DNA of 63,944 bases, filler included, from Conidiobolus incongruus B7586 (lineage: Eukaryota): the NCBI GenBank assembly GCA_000697335.1. It is 17 parts of 17 records of this genome, joined end to end, with 100 filler letters (N's around TTAATTAATTAA, not from the genome) between each part and the next. Parts side by side here need not be neighbours in the genome. Positions count along the whole stretch, not along the records: positions 31,318 to 32,429 come from JNEM01003782.1; positions 32,530 to 33,590 come from JNEM01003783.1; positions 33,691 to 39,392 come from JNEM01003784.1; positions 39,493 to 40,609 come from JNEM01003785.1; positions 40,710 to 48,878 come from JNEM01003788.1; 12 more parts are not named here. One strand, 5' to 3'. Made by a program: the position numbers and the translations under genes. The notes under the pieces were generated by a model. The model was not told the DNA's origin. It searched no databases and saw only the letters and a program-made list of their open reading frames with translations. Within the stretch, counting starts at the first letter, position 1. Every line of letters starts with the position of its first letter. Below are positions 31,218 through 44,806 of the stretch, one piece after another.

Positions 31218-33690
31218 NNNNNNNNNNNNNNNNNNNNNNNNNNNNNNNNNNNNNNNNNNNNTTAATTAATTAANNNNNNNNNNNNNNNNNNNNNNNNNNN
31301 NNNNNNNNNNNNNNNNNAAGGTTATAACTTACTATCTAAAAACAAACAAAGAGGATAAAAGAAATATTAGTATATTTAAGAAAGTTATAAAAAAAATTAT
31401 GAATAAAAAAAGATTACTTAATTAAGTTATAATAGTATTATTGGTAATATAAATCATCCTTTAATCTCAAAAAAGTTTTTAATTTTTTGATTATTATATT
31501 ATCAGGAAAAAAATATATTTACAAGTATAATTAAAGATAATGATATTTTATATTTATATTATAAATTTCATAAAGATTATATAATAGATTTAAATATTAT
31601 ATTAAGTAAATTATATAAAAAATATTTAAAAAAAAATAATAATAATTTAAAAAAATAGAAAAAAAGATAGATAAACAAATTTATAAGATTAAAGATATCT
31701 TGTTATATAATTAATAAAGGCTTTTGAAGTGAAATAAAACAGGATTTTAGATAAAGTTATTTAAGATAATTAAAATATCATAAAACCCACATATAAAATC
31801 AGCTATATTAGTAACTTATTAATCATAATATGAGTCCACCTTTAATTCATAAAACCTTTTATAATTAATTCAATTATTGACTAACAAATTTAAAAACTTA
31901 AAACAATAATTTATAAAATTAAATTATAGGGATATTGAATATATATAAATATATCAGAAAAAGAAATTATGTTCTTATGAATAAAAAATATTTTAATTAA
32001 TTACAATTGTTATTTTAGTTATATCTTTTATAATATAAATATATTTTTTTTTTGAAAATAAAAATCTTACTTTTAGGTTAATATTATTTTTTAGCATTGT
32101 TTTATTCAAATTAAATCTAATATAGCTTTTTATTTTGATTTAAAAAAATAATTTCCAATAGTAATAACTTAAATTTGATATTTCATTATTTTAAATCTTA
32201 TAAGATTTTAAATAATAGAGTTTTATAATAATTATTATTAAAATTTATATTTGAATATTTTAAATTTTATTCAAAATTTTTCAAATTTAATGAAATTAAT
32301 TAATAACTTAAAATAATTAGATTTTATCCAAAGTTACCATTGATTCTAAATTTATTACTTTAAATTATTAATGGATAATATTTAAAAATATTTAAATTTA
32401 ATAAATAAGTTTTTAAAATTATATATAATNNNNNNNNNNNNNNNNNNNNNNNNNNNNNNNNNNNNNNNNNNNNTTAATTAATTAANNNNNNNNNNNNNNN
32501 NNNNNNNNNNNNNNNNNNNNNNNNNNNNNAAGCTGGTTTTTTAATAACTTAAAACAATTATAATCATATAGGTTAAAATTTAAAGAGAATATTAGATATA
32601 GTAATTTTTACTAGTTTTTTTATATTATAAAGTTATTTATAGCTTCAAATTTATTTATTTTACAATTATTATATAAAATAATAAATCTTTTTAAATTATA
32701 TTAAAAATATTAATTAAAAATACTTTTATTCAAAAAAGTAATATAAAGTTTATTATTAATTGATTTCCCTTTAAAAACTAAATAAAAGTAATTTATACTA
32801 TTATAATCTATTAAACTAATTAACTTTTGCTTATTAATAAAATATTTATTCAAAAAGATTTGTAAAAAGGGTTTATTAAACTTAATCTAATATTTTGATT
32901 TATATTTTAATAAAGGATTATATATATGGATTTAAAATTCATTTATTATAACAATTTAACATTAAAGTTTAAGCCTCTAATAATATTTTAGTAAGTTTTG
33001 TTTAATAAAACTATTCTAGTTTTTTTTTAAACATTAGTTAAAATTTATAATACTTATTTTTTATTTTTATTTATTAATTTGAGTTTAAACTTAAATATAT
33101 ATAAAATACTTATAAAATTAATATTAAAATGCTTGGATAATTATCTAACTTAAATAAAAAGATATTTTTAAATATAATTTTTCACTTTATTAATAATTAA
33201 AATTGGTTTTTTGAATTTTAATAAGTTTTAGATTATTTTTTTTTAGTTTTATAATAATTTACCTAAAAATAAATTATTGATTTAGATAATACTTTATTAT
33301 TAAAAACTATATCTAAATTTTGAATAATTTTAAAAGTCTTATGGTTAAATTATGATAATATTAAAATAAAAAACTTTTAATGATCATTATTTGGTTTATA
33401 TATGATTAAATTAAACAATCAATTTTAAAAAATAAATTTTTTAAGCAAAAAAATTACTAAATATATTAGAAATATATAATTTCTTATTAAATTAATATAT
33501 TTTTTTTATTTCAAACTAATAATATTTTTAAAAAATCAAAAATTAAAAAATTTCATATCATTTTAAAATTAAAATAATATTTATATATTANNNNNNNNNN
33601 NNNNNNNNNNNNNNNNNNNNNNNNNNNNNNNNNNTTAATTAATTAANNNNNNNNNNNNNNNNNNNNNNNNNNNNNNNNNNNNNNNNNNNN

Positions 33691-34070
33691 ACTAATTCTT
33701 TTAATTTTTATATATATTTCTATATAATTCAATTAACTATAATTTATATAATCTTTATACTTCTATAGTTAAATCAATTATATAAATATTATTAAATTAT
33801 TTAATAAATCAAATTCCTCTTTTTTTGCTCAATTCTTATTATTTCTTATCTTTTATATTTTTTCTAAGATTAAAACTACCTGTTATTATTATTACAATAT
33901 ATTAGTGCTATCTATTATAAATCTAATATATTAATGACTTATCTAAGTTTGATGTTTAATTAAGTTTTATTTATATTTATATATTATAACTATATTATAA
34001 TACTATATTTTATGTCACATAACTTTTATATTAAAGTTTTCCTCTATATTATATTGGTATTTTACCACTA
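33691..34070 (+). repeat. 5' LTR of the Ty3/Gypsy element (first few bases lost at contig edge)
   Basis: Direct repeat of 38978-39352. Confidence 0.8.
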
Positions 34071-37000
34071 TGCTAATATAATAATACTAATATAACTCTT
34101 AAAATCTTATTAGAAATTAGTAACTATTTATATTAAATCTATTTATTATTATTTTAAATCTTATTTATAACTTAATTTACTTAAATTTAACATTATATAT
34201 TATAATACCATTAAAAAATAATACCCTTATATTACTTTAATAAAGATGAAAATTTAATTATTAAGTAAGTCTTAGACTTTAATCTTTAAAAGCTTATTAT
34301 CTTTTAAGAAACCTATATTAAGCAATTTTTTTAAAAAAAATATAACTTAAAAAGCTTAAATCTAACAAACTAGCTATTTAACTATTATTAACATATAAAA
34401 TCATTTACTTAATATTTTTAAATATAAATTAACTATTCATGATAGTTTTAAAATCTTTACAAGTTTGAAAATTACTTTCAAAATATAAATTTATTTTAAT
34501 TTAATTTTTGATAAAGATTTAAAGAATATCTTTAAATTAACCATTTTTATTTTAGAAAAATCTATTTATATCTAATAATTAACTCATTACAAACTTAAAC
34601 TAAAGAATTTTTACGGGGATAACCTATTATAAAAATATAAACCTTTAAATAATTAGAAAAAGCTTTTAAAAAAATATTACTTAAAAGATTAAATTTAATT
34701 TATAAGAGAAAAGCTTCCTTAAAAAACTTTTATAAAGTAATTAATTAAGAAATTTAATAAAATATGATTAAATATATTAAATATCACTAAAAAAAATAAA
34801 TCTACAAATTATTATAATATTTTAATCTTTAAATAAAATTATAATTAGTTAATAAAAAAAATTTTGATAATATATTTTTTTCTAATATTAATGATATAAT
34901 AATTATGATTAATAATATCTTTTATTTTATAATTAAATTCTCATATTTTAAGAATTAATCTTTTAAAACTTATTTTTAATTTACTTAAATCTTAAATGAT
35001 AAGTGTTTTTGTTTTAAAGCTTAATAAAAAAATCATTAACATAAAAGTTAAACCTTATTTAAAAACTAATAATAGTTGATACTACTGTTGAAATATATAA
35101 TTTAATTATAAAGTTAATAAATAATTTTTCAAAAAACAATATCTATTTAATTTTTAATAATTTTAATTTACTAACTATAAATCAAACTTGAATAATATTA
35201 ATATAACCTTAAAATTACCTTTTTTATTATTAATTAGCAAATTTTAATCTAATCCACAAAAGTTCAAATAAACTAATAATTCCATAAACTAAACCATATA
35301 TACTAGAGAGATCTAACTCATTAAATCACTAGAAACTAAAAATATTCTAATAAATAATTTAGCTTGTAATTTTTTACCTTTAATTATCACCTTATTATTT
35401 ATTTTAACTAGATATTTTATAGTTATACCTGTTAATATCTTAATTAATTTTAATTGTTTTAGTTATATTATTTTTTCTGTTATTGTTTTAAAACTATGTT
35501 TATCTATTTAAAAAAATAGCTTAATAATCAAATATATTAATAATTTAATAGAACAAACATTTAATATTATATTAAAATACCTAACACTACTTCTTAACTA
35601 CTCTTAATATATTAAATTCTTAGTTGGTAACATTAGTTATAATTTTAAGCTAGGTTAAAATTAATTTAAATACTATAGTTTCTTATCAATGAATGTTATT
35701 TTAAAAAGTTACTAATCTATTTCTTATATATTCCAAAAGAAATTAATAAAATTAATCTCAAAAAATTTATATTATTTTATTATAAAACTACTAAATACTT
35801 TATTTAATATTAACTCTATAATTATGTCAAATAATTTTATTATTATAAGCAAAAATTAAAATAAAAAACTAATTAAAAAACTTAATAATTTATAAGGATA
35901 TATATTTATTTATTATTTATCTATTAATACTTTATATATTAATTTCAATAAAGTTATAACTAATAACCATTTCTTATATTATATAATAAGTTAATTTGCT
36001 AATATTTTTAAACTTATGAGTAGATTACCACTTAAACATAATTTTAAATATAAAATTAAACTTTTCTTAACTATATAACTATATTTAAAGCTTATATACC
36101 ATTTATCTCTTAAATAATATCTAACTTTAAAAGAAGTAATTTAAAAATTACTTGAAAATAAATATATTAAACTATTTTCCTTATTATAAAACTCTTTGAT
36201 TTTTTTTGTATAAAAAGTTAATAGTGATTAAAAATTATATATTAATAATAATGTTTTAAAGTTTAAAATTATTAAATATAAAACTTTATTATTAAACTTA
36301 TATAATATTAAGGATAAATTACTTAAATCAACTATATTTATTAGATTAAATATTAGAAATAATTATTATAATATTAAAATTAAAGAAAATTCTTTTTTTT
36401 AACTATTTTTAATATTTTACAAAGCTATTATAAATTTACTATTATAAACTTTAGTTTGTATAATATCCTTGTAACTTTTACTTAATTTATTAATTCCCTT
36501 TTCAGCTTTATTTTTAATAACTCTATTATTACTTACTGTGATAATATTTTAATTCACTTAAAAACTAAAGTAAAATATATTTAATATATTAATTAAATTT
36601 TATACATTATATAAGAATATAGATTATCTTTAAAATTATTAAAATATATTTTTAGTGTTTCTTGTATTTTTTCTATAGCTATATTTTTCTTTTCAAAGAA
36701 TTAATATTGATTTAAATAAACTTAATGATATAAAAGCTTTTACCATACTAACAAATAAAGATCAACTTATATTTATATTTAAATTATTAAATTATTTTAA
36801 TGATTTTAATGATTTTTTGTTGAATTTATAACTTTTTTAATTAATCTTTTGAGAAAAATCTCTTTTTTTATATAAACTCCATTATATACTTTTTTTTATA
36901 GATTGTTTAATTTTCTATATTATCAATATTCTTATTTTATCTATTTTTGATCTTAAATTACTTACTATTATTTTCATTTATTTTAATTCTTTTTTAATGA

Positions 37001-38968
37001 ATAGATAGTCAACTTAATTTGAATTTAATATATATTTTACCTTTTAATTCAAAGATAAAATAATACATAAAGAAGAATAAGTTAAATTTAACCTTATAAA
37101 TATTACTTTAAGGTTAATAATATTCTAGTTAAAAAAAATAAAACCAGCTAAATTAAAATACTTAGTTTATAAATAAGAATACTTTATCTTAGTAGAAATA
37201 ATTAAAAATTATTTATATTTTTTATAATCTTTTTTTAACACCTATAAGTTATAAATTATTTATCTACTTAAATACTCAGAAACATTTATTAAGAAAATTT
37301 GTTAAATAGATTAAAATTATCTAAGTTTATTTTTTCCTCATCTAATATCTTTTAGGTTAATAGAATTATATTATAGATACTTTGTTAAAAGATTTTGAAT
37401 ATTTATTTCTTTATTCTAATTACAAAAACCTAGCAAATATTAACTTAATGATTTTTAATAAAGGAAATAAAAAATTTGTTAAATTATTTTATGAAATATT
37501 ATCAAAAGATGATTTTTTTATTTTAGTTAAAAAAAGACTCTTTGAATAATTACATAACTAATTAAAATATGTTAAAAGATTTAAAATTATTGATAACCTA
37601 TTATATTATAATAATTGCTTATATATCCTTAATAATCTTAAGATCTAATAAATAATATTTAATCAATGCTATAATTTACTTATAAAAGGACATTGAAACT
37701 AGTTAAAAACTGTTAAAAAAATTAAAATAAATATTACTAACTATCTTTAATTAAATTAACTTAGAAATACACTAATATTTATGTTATATACTAAAGAACT
37801 AAATATAATACTTAACTAAAATATACTAAACTTATTTTTTTATAAATCCTTAATCAAACTTAAAAATAAATATAAATTAATTTTAAGAAAATTCTTAAAT
37901 TAATAAATAGTTATAATTATTTATTAATTATAATTGATTTTTTCTTTAAATATATTTATTTTATTCCTTGTTTCAAAACTTTTATAGCTAAAGATATTTT
38001 ATAATTATTATTTTTTAATATCTTTATCTATTATAAAATTCCACAAACAACAATATTTAATAAAGATATATGATTCAAATTTTAATTTTAAAAGCTATTA
38101 TCTTTTTCACTTAAGATCATTCTAGTTATATTTATTACTATTTATTATTAAATTAATAAATCTGTTAAAAAAATTATTAAAACTTTAAACAAATAATTAA
38201 AGCTTATATTAATATTAATCAGTTAAATTAAAATACCTATATTTACCAACTCCAATATTTAATCAATATCTTTATTAATAGATCAATAAGTTTTAACCCT
38301 TATTTTATCAATTTTAACAAATATCCTAATTTAATAAATGATCTAAAACTTTAAATCAACTTATCTTTAGATATTGTTGAGTTTAAATCTAATATCAAAT
38401 ATATTAATTTTTTTATTAAATTTAACTTAGAAGTAAATTAAAAGATTATAAAATAATAATATTTAAAGCTCCCTAGAAATCCTTTTAAATATAAAACTAG
38501 TATGTTTATATATTTAGAATTCTTTACCTTTAAACTTATCTTACTCAAATCTAACTTAAATCTAAAATACTTACTATTATATTATAACCTCTATAAAATT
38601 TGATTCATTGATTTAAATTTTAAAAATATTACTAAGGAATTATTTTTAACTTTGAGGATTAACTTTATCTTTTATATATCTAAAATTAAACCTAATTTTA
38701 AAAATTTTAATATTTTTCTAAAATTGATTAAAAACCCTAAAACTAGATTTAATTATTAATTAAAATACAGAAGAAAAATACTATATTGATTATATAATTT
38801 AATTTAAGCTTATTAAAAATAAGTTTTATTTCTATATAAAATAGATAGGTTATTTTATTAAAAAAACCACATAAGAACTCCTAAAAAAAATTAAGAATAT
38901 TTTGACTTATTATACCTATTTGTAAATATTTAAAGAGTGTATCTTTTTTAAATAACCTACTAAGGGAG

Positions 38969-39355
38969 TGTTAAAAGACTAGTTTTTTAAATTTTTATAT
39001 ATATTTCAATATAATTCAATTTACTATATATTATATGATTAATTTATACTTTCATAGCTAAATTAATTATATAAATAATATTAAATTATTTAATAAACAA
39101 GGTTTTTTTTCCTCTCAATTTTTATTATTTCTTGTTTGTTATATTATTTCTAAGATTGAACCTTTTTTTGATAATATTATAATATATTGGTGCTACCTAT
39201 TATAAATCTAATATATTAATTACATATCCTAATTCAAAGCTTAATTAAACTTTGTTTATATTTTCAAACTATAATTATATTATAGTATTATAGTTTTTGT
39301 CATATTATTTTTATATTAAAGTGGTCTTTTGTATTATATTGGTATTTTACCACCA
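38969..39355 (+). repeat. 3' LTR of the Ty3/Gypsy element
   Basis: Starts TG immediately after the purine tract at 38962-38968 and matches the 5' LTR. The exact 3' end is uncertain by about 10 bp. Confidence 0.8.
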
Positions 39356-39492
39356 TATTTATAAATAAAATATATTTAATTATATATTCTTANNNNNNNN
39401 NNNNNNNNNNNNNNNNNNNNNNNNNNNNNNNNNNNNTTAATTAATTAANNNNNNNNNNNNNNNNNNNNNNNNNNNNNNNNNNNNNNNNNNNN

Positions 39493-40609
39493 ATATTTTT
39501 TAAAGATTCTTATATAACTTCTTTAATAAGATAATCTATTTATTTTATATAGTAATGAAGTTTAATCTTAATAAATTTAATTTTAATTATATAATAAATA
39601 TAGTATTTTCTTTCTCTATTTTAATTAATAATTTGATCTAGCTTTAAAACTTTTAATCAATTAAGAAAAGTGTTAAATTCTTTAAAATAGGGTTTGATTT
39701 AAATATATAAAAGGTAAAGTTAATCTTTATAATTAGAAATGATTCTAAAGTAATATTTTCAAAATTTAAATAAATAAATTAAATTTTATAGGGATTATGA
39801 TATAATAGAAAGTATTTTAAATTTAAGTTAAATTTAAATAAAATAGGTTTAAAAGTAGATTATTCTAAATATATAAATATATTAATTTTATATTTACAAG
39901 GATTTTGAGATAACTTTAAATATTATTGTTTTATAACCTTTTAATGGTTTTTTAAGTTTAATTTAATAAAAAAATTAATATATTTAATATTAGATTAAAA
40001 CTCAACAACATCTAATGATAAGTTAATTTAAAGTTTTAAAACAATTATTAAATTAAGATGTTTATTATAATTAATGAAATAAAAGCTAAAACCTATTGAT
40101 TTATTAATAAAAATGTTTAATAAATATTAAAGTTAATAGATATAAATATGATAATTTAATTAATTAGTGTTAATATAAGCTTTTATTTTCTTCTTTAAAG
40201 TTTTATTAATTTTTTCAGCAAGTTGATTAATTTAATAATAATTAGGAATAAATATAGCTAGATTAATCTTAAATAAAAATGATGATAACTTCTAAAATTA
40301 AGAGTTGAATTATATATCTTTATTAGATATAATAGTTTGTAAAATTTTATAATAGGTAAAAATAAAAAAGAATAATAATTATGTAATATCCTTAATTATA
40401 GAAGTTTCAAGATAAAAAATAAAATAAAAATATTTAGAAAATAAATTAATTATAATTAATAAATTATTATAGCTAGTTGTTAATTTAAGAATTTCTATAA
40501 TATTAAGTTAAATTTATTATTAAATTTTATTAAAAGTTTATAAAAATTTAAGTTTACTATATTTTACTTAAGAATTATATTTAGTTTTTTACTATATATT
40601 ATAGGTATT
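39493..40609 (-). mobile_element. Ty3/Gypsy partial copy (integrase/chromodomain region)
   Basis: Direct match to 28107-29225 and reverse complement of ~37775-38895. Confidence 0.85.
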
Positions 40610-41719
40610 NNNNNNNNNNNNNNNNNNNNNNNNNNNNNNNNNNNNNNNNNNNNTTAATTAATTAANNNNNNNNNNNNNNNNNNNNNNNNNNNNNNNNNNN
40701 NNNNNNNNNAATTTATTGAAAAATAAATTATCCATTTTTTTATATTATATAAATGTAAATAATTAATTATATAACAGAATACTAAATAACAATTTAATAA
40801 AAAAATCAAAATCCAATTTATAAAAATATTCATTAATTAAATTATTTAATTAACGTTATATAATAAATCAAAAAATATCATTATATGTTTTTTATCTTAT
40901 AAATTATATTATATTAGCTTAATATTTATAATTTTAAAAAAATTAAATAAATAACAATAAATTTTAGGCTTAAAAAATATACTAATATAATGAATTCATT
41001 AACGTTATTTACTTTATTATATATTAAGCTAATAATAAAGTTAAATTTTTAATAGAATATGATACCAAAAACATATAACTGTATATTTAATACAATATTA
41101 TTAAGGTATAGTGATATATAATAAAACTTTATAATTTTAAAATAATTAATAAAATTATAAAAATTTAAATTTTCTAAAAAATAATTTTATTATATTAATT
41201 CTGATTTTCAAATATATTAGATTTTATCAACAAAAATGAATATATATATATATATATATATCAAAGCCTTAAAATTTAATACAATATTATATTTATACTA
41301 TATTATTAGTTATAATACCATATAAATTTAATGTTTTAATAGGCTTTAGCCAATGATTCCCTTGGTATTTATGACAAAGAAATAATTAAAATTATATCTA
41401 TTATATATAATTAAAAACTTAAAAAATTGATGAGTTTAAAATTTCCAAGCAAAATCATTGATTTCGAATTTACCTATTACTAAAATTCTACCCACTTTCA
41501 AAATTTGAAAATAATCATCTAATAATTAAATCATCAAATTTTGGAATGAATTTTTTTTATTTATCCCATAATTTTAATATTAGTTTTATCATAATTTAAT
41601 AATCAAATCAATTTAATTAAATAATCAACAACAAAAAGTAGGGCGCGTAAGTTTAAAATAGAAACTTATTGCGCTTTTAAAACAACAGTTCTATTATCAG
41701 GCTTTAACTATGACACTAG

Positions 41720-43372
41720 TTAAAGCTTATTAATAAGGTAGGCATATTGAATATACATATGGGACGTTCGACTAAGGGCCCACAGTATAGACAATAACAT
41801 ATAAACAGTGACAATTTCAAGATAATTACAAAAACCATTTCAAAAACAACTATTGAAAATATTAAGCACATATTAAAACACGTTTTGAAAAATAAAAAAA
41901 GAATGAGGAAACCAACTGTAAGTCAACAAAAAATTATTAGTGATAAGGCAAGTAGGCCAAACTGGGCTAAAGCCATACGCTTCACAGTACTAGAGCCTCA
42001 ATACAGAATGATATTTTGGCTAGGCCTGCTGCAGCTAGGTGTAATTGCTGAATTTGCTGGTCTAGGAGTGTTTTTGGAGCATCTAATGGAGGGTGAATCG
42101 ATGGCTAACACAATAATGCTAGTGGCACGCATGATGTACAGGTGTGTGTTCGTAATATCTTTCATGTTTAGTTTGAGCTGGTATTTGCTCGATTTAATGA
42201 GCTTGGGTAGTATACTGCAACACAAACACTGGATGCATCCACCATCAAGTCACATGACGGAGATCCCCGACACGAGGAGTGATTGCTTGACTGGGTGGAG
42301 CGACTCACAACTATTGTTTTTCCTGGCTGATAAACAAAGAGACCCAGTAGTGCTTGTGTGGCTTGACACTATAGAGCCAAGTTGCTTCACAAATCAGGAG
42401 GCGGAATTCTTATTATATCACTTTGTGACCTGTAGCGCCCCGATGGTGGTCAAGAACAATTGGTTTTCGCGGTTTTTGATTAACGCCTTAGTTGCTGCAG
42501 GCGCTTGTAGTAGAGGAATAATTGGGTATAATAAGTGCGAAAACTTTCGACATGTGAATGACGGTGATGGATACATAGCTGGCGCTGGCTTTATGGAAAA
42601 GATTGAGGTCAGCACTACTGGAGAGCCGGTGTCGCGCTTGGTAGAAAGCTGGCAGCACACTGACTTTACTCCAACTAATGATCCAATTGATCCAAAATAG
42701 ATGCGGAATGTGACTGACACCAGCGTGATTGACCTGAGAATAAATTTAATTGGTGTTGAAGATGATGGTACCCGAAGAATACATGAGGAAGTGGGGCATA
42801 AATGGGACATGAATTGGGACGTTGTTCCAACGTGGCGCAGAGTGCCTACAGAGTCTCACATCATAATGAAGCTGGAACCAGCTTTTGCCAGCATTAACTC
42901 ATTGGTGCTAGATAGGAGGGCGTTGTCAGCAATGGCAGCTTGCGCCTCATGGATGCACTCATCACGCAACGCTGAGCTGGATGTGGGAGCACGCAGCACC
43001 ATGCGAGAGGCAGCAGCTTGCGAGTTGGATTTGACTGCATTTTATGTTAGGCTGTATGCATTGCTCTTCGATGCCACAATGGCACAGTTGAATGGGAAGG
43101 CGGAATGAGCTTGGAGTTCTGCTGCCTCCACCCACTTAGTAGAGCGTATAACTACGTTTACAGGATGGGCTGCGGTATTGTCAAACTTCAGAAGCACGGC
43201 GATGAACTTGTTATTTGCTGACATGGGAAGTGGTCAAGTGGACATGACAATAGCACGGATATGGCACTTAGTATGCAGCGATCGAGCCGAGCTGACTAAC
43301 GGGAGTGTCACTAGGCGTTGTTGGCCGCCAATCCCAGCTAGCGCGTTTGTTTTCACTGGTGATTCTAATTAA
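41720..43372 (+). pseudogene. GC-rich intronless broken ORF (~550 codons), candidate endogenous RNA-virus-derived sequence
   Basis: The listed ORFs 41885-42700, 42701-43108 and 43178-43372 are all in one frame, which extends back to ~41720 with single in-frame stops at 41795, 42698 and 43106. Base composition and codon usage differ sharply from the flanks and from most host genes here. Viral origin is inferred, not proven. Confidence 0.55.
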
Positions 43373-44806
43373 ATAATTTGATTAAAATTTTATATTTCTA
43401 AAATTTACTTCAGATATCAAAATTATAAATAGTTTGATTAGTATATCTCTAGCAAATAATTTAAAAGATTAAAATTATATATATTATGCACTTCCATAAG
43501 GCTTTTTGATCAAAATGTATCTGATACATTCAATTTGAATAGCAACTGTGGTGAGATTCTGAATTTATATATGTATTTCATTAAATCTAATTTATTTAAT
43601 GCAAAATTACCAATTCAATAATTATTAGTATTTCACAAATTTGACAATATTTTTCAATGTAAATAGCCTATATTAGTAAAATATGAAAATTCATTGAAAT
43701 AGATCAAATAAAATATAAGGTTAAAGGGAATATATTATAAATCATTATATAATTCAATCTTTATAATGAATATATAAATTTTCTATAGAACCCAGTATAA
43801 TTAGATAATTAATAATCAAAATAATTCATATATTGATTCAACAAATGATTATATATATTTTTGATCAGTAAGATATTCAAGGATATTCCAAGTCAGAATA
43901 TATTAATCCCAATTCCTATTGCAGCCTCTATCCAATATCCATTTTGAGATCTTGAGCTATCATAATCAAACCTTTTGCTTTTAATATTATTACTTTGCGT
44001 TCAATGGAATAAAATAAAAATACTGGCTAAAAATATGGGGATTAATTGCATTGGCTGTTTATTTTGAGATTAAAATAAGATATTTCTTATAATTAGTTAA
44101 TAAATCTAACAACTTTTTATTAAATGAAAGAAACCAATTCTTTAAGCGAATTAATCGATTATAAAAAATTATTAAACTAATAAGAATAATTAGAAATCAT
44201 TAAACAATGTGGGGATAATATTATTTTCATTTAACCGCTTTAAGAATTTAATATTGCTTTAAAGCGATCTTATGTCAATTAATTTTCATAATACATTAGT
44301 GATAATATTTAGTAATGTATGAAAAAATCTTCAGAGTTAATAATTATGACAAGTTATGATAAAGATATAAATAAAACCGATTGATTTGAAATTATTAATG
44401 CTTTAATGAAAATAATGATTTAAGTATGTAAGAATATATTTTATAATTGAAATCAATAGTTATTGATAATCAAGGATATAAATATAGTTTTAACAATCTC
44501 AACATAAATTGCTTTCAACACAAACCATGAACTAATAACACCAACAATACAAATGTGTTGAATAATATAGCCCCTGAATTGAGAAACATCAAATTTTTTG
44601 AACAATTTTTGAATGTGATAATTAAACATAAAAGATAATATTTTATAATATTATTCCCAATATTCATAATATAAATTTTAAATATTGAAATTAAATCTAG
44701 AATACTAAATAAAAAAATTACAAATCAATTTCTAAAAAGAATGGTAAAAATACAAATTTAATATTAAATAATAACCTGTTATTTATTGACCGAATGTTGA
44801 TAAATG

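Larger units (their letters stand above)
33691..39355 (+). mobile_element. Near-complete chromodomain-bearing Ty3/Gypsy LTR retrotransposon (~5.7 kb), heavily hypermutated
   Basis: Direct ~390-bp LTRs (33691-34070 and 38969-~39355) and PPT AAGGGAG before TG at 38969. Relic motifs in Gypsy order: protease LINFNC (=LIDSGC, ~35440); RT INFSLYNILVTF (=MNFGLCNAPATF) and YCDNILIH (36534); integrase zinc finger LLYY..LYI..GH..YY*LS..Y.IY (37590-37800); chromodomain EEKYYIDYII..YFYIK*IGY..TT*EL (38770-38900). Confidence 0.9.

Noticed and set aside
42698..43108. TAG-ATG and AUGA junctions as programmed termination-reinitiation or an operon
   Set aside because: The same frame stays open after each stop and the AUGA-initiated frame lasts only 38 codons. 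Nonsense mutations in one ORF are the simpler explanation, though recoding is not strictly excluded.
41998..43224. Minus-strand ORFs as an ambigrammatic narnavirus-like signature
   Set aside because: They are short, interrupted and not codon-aligned with the plus frame.
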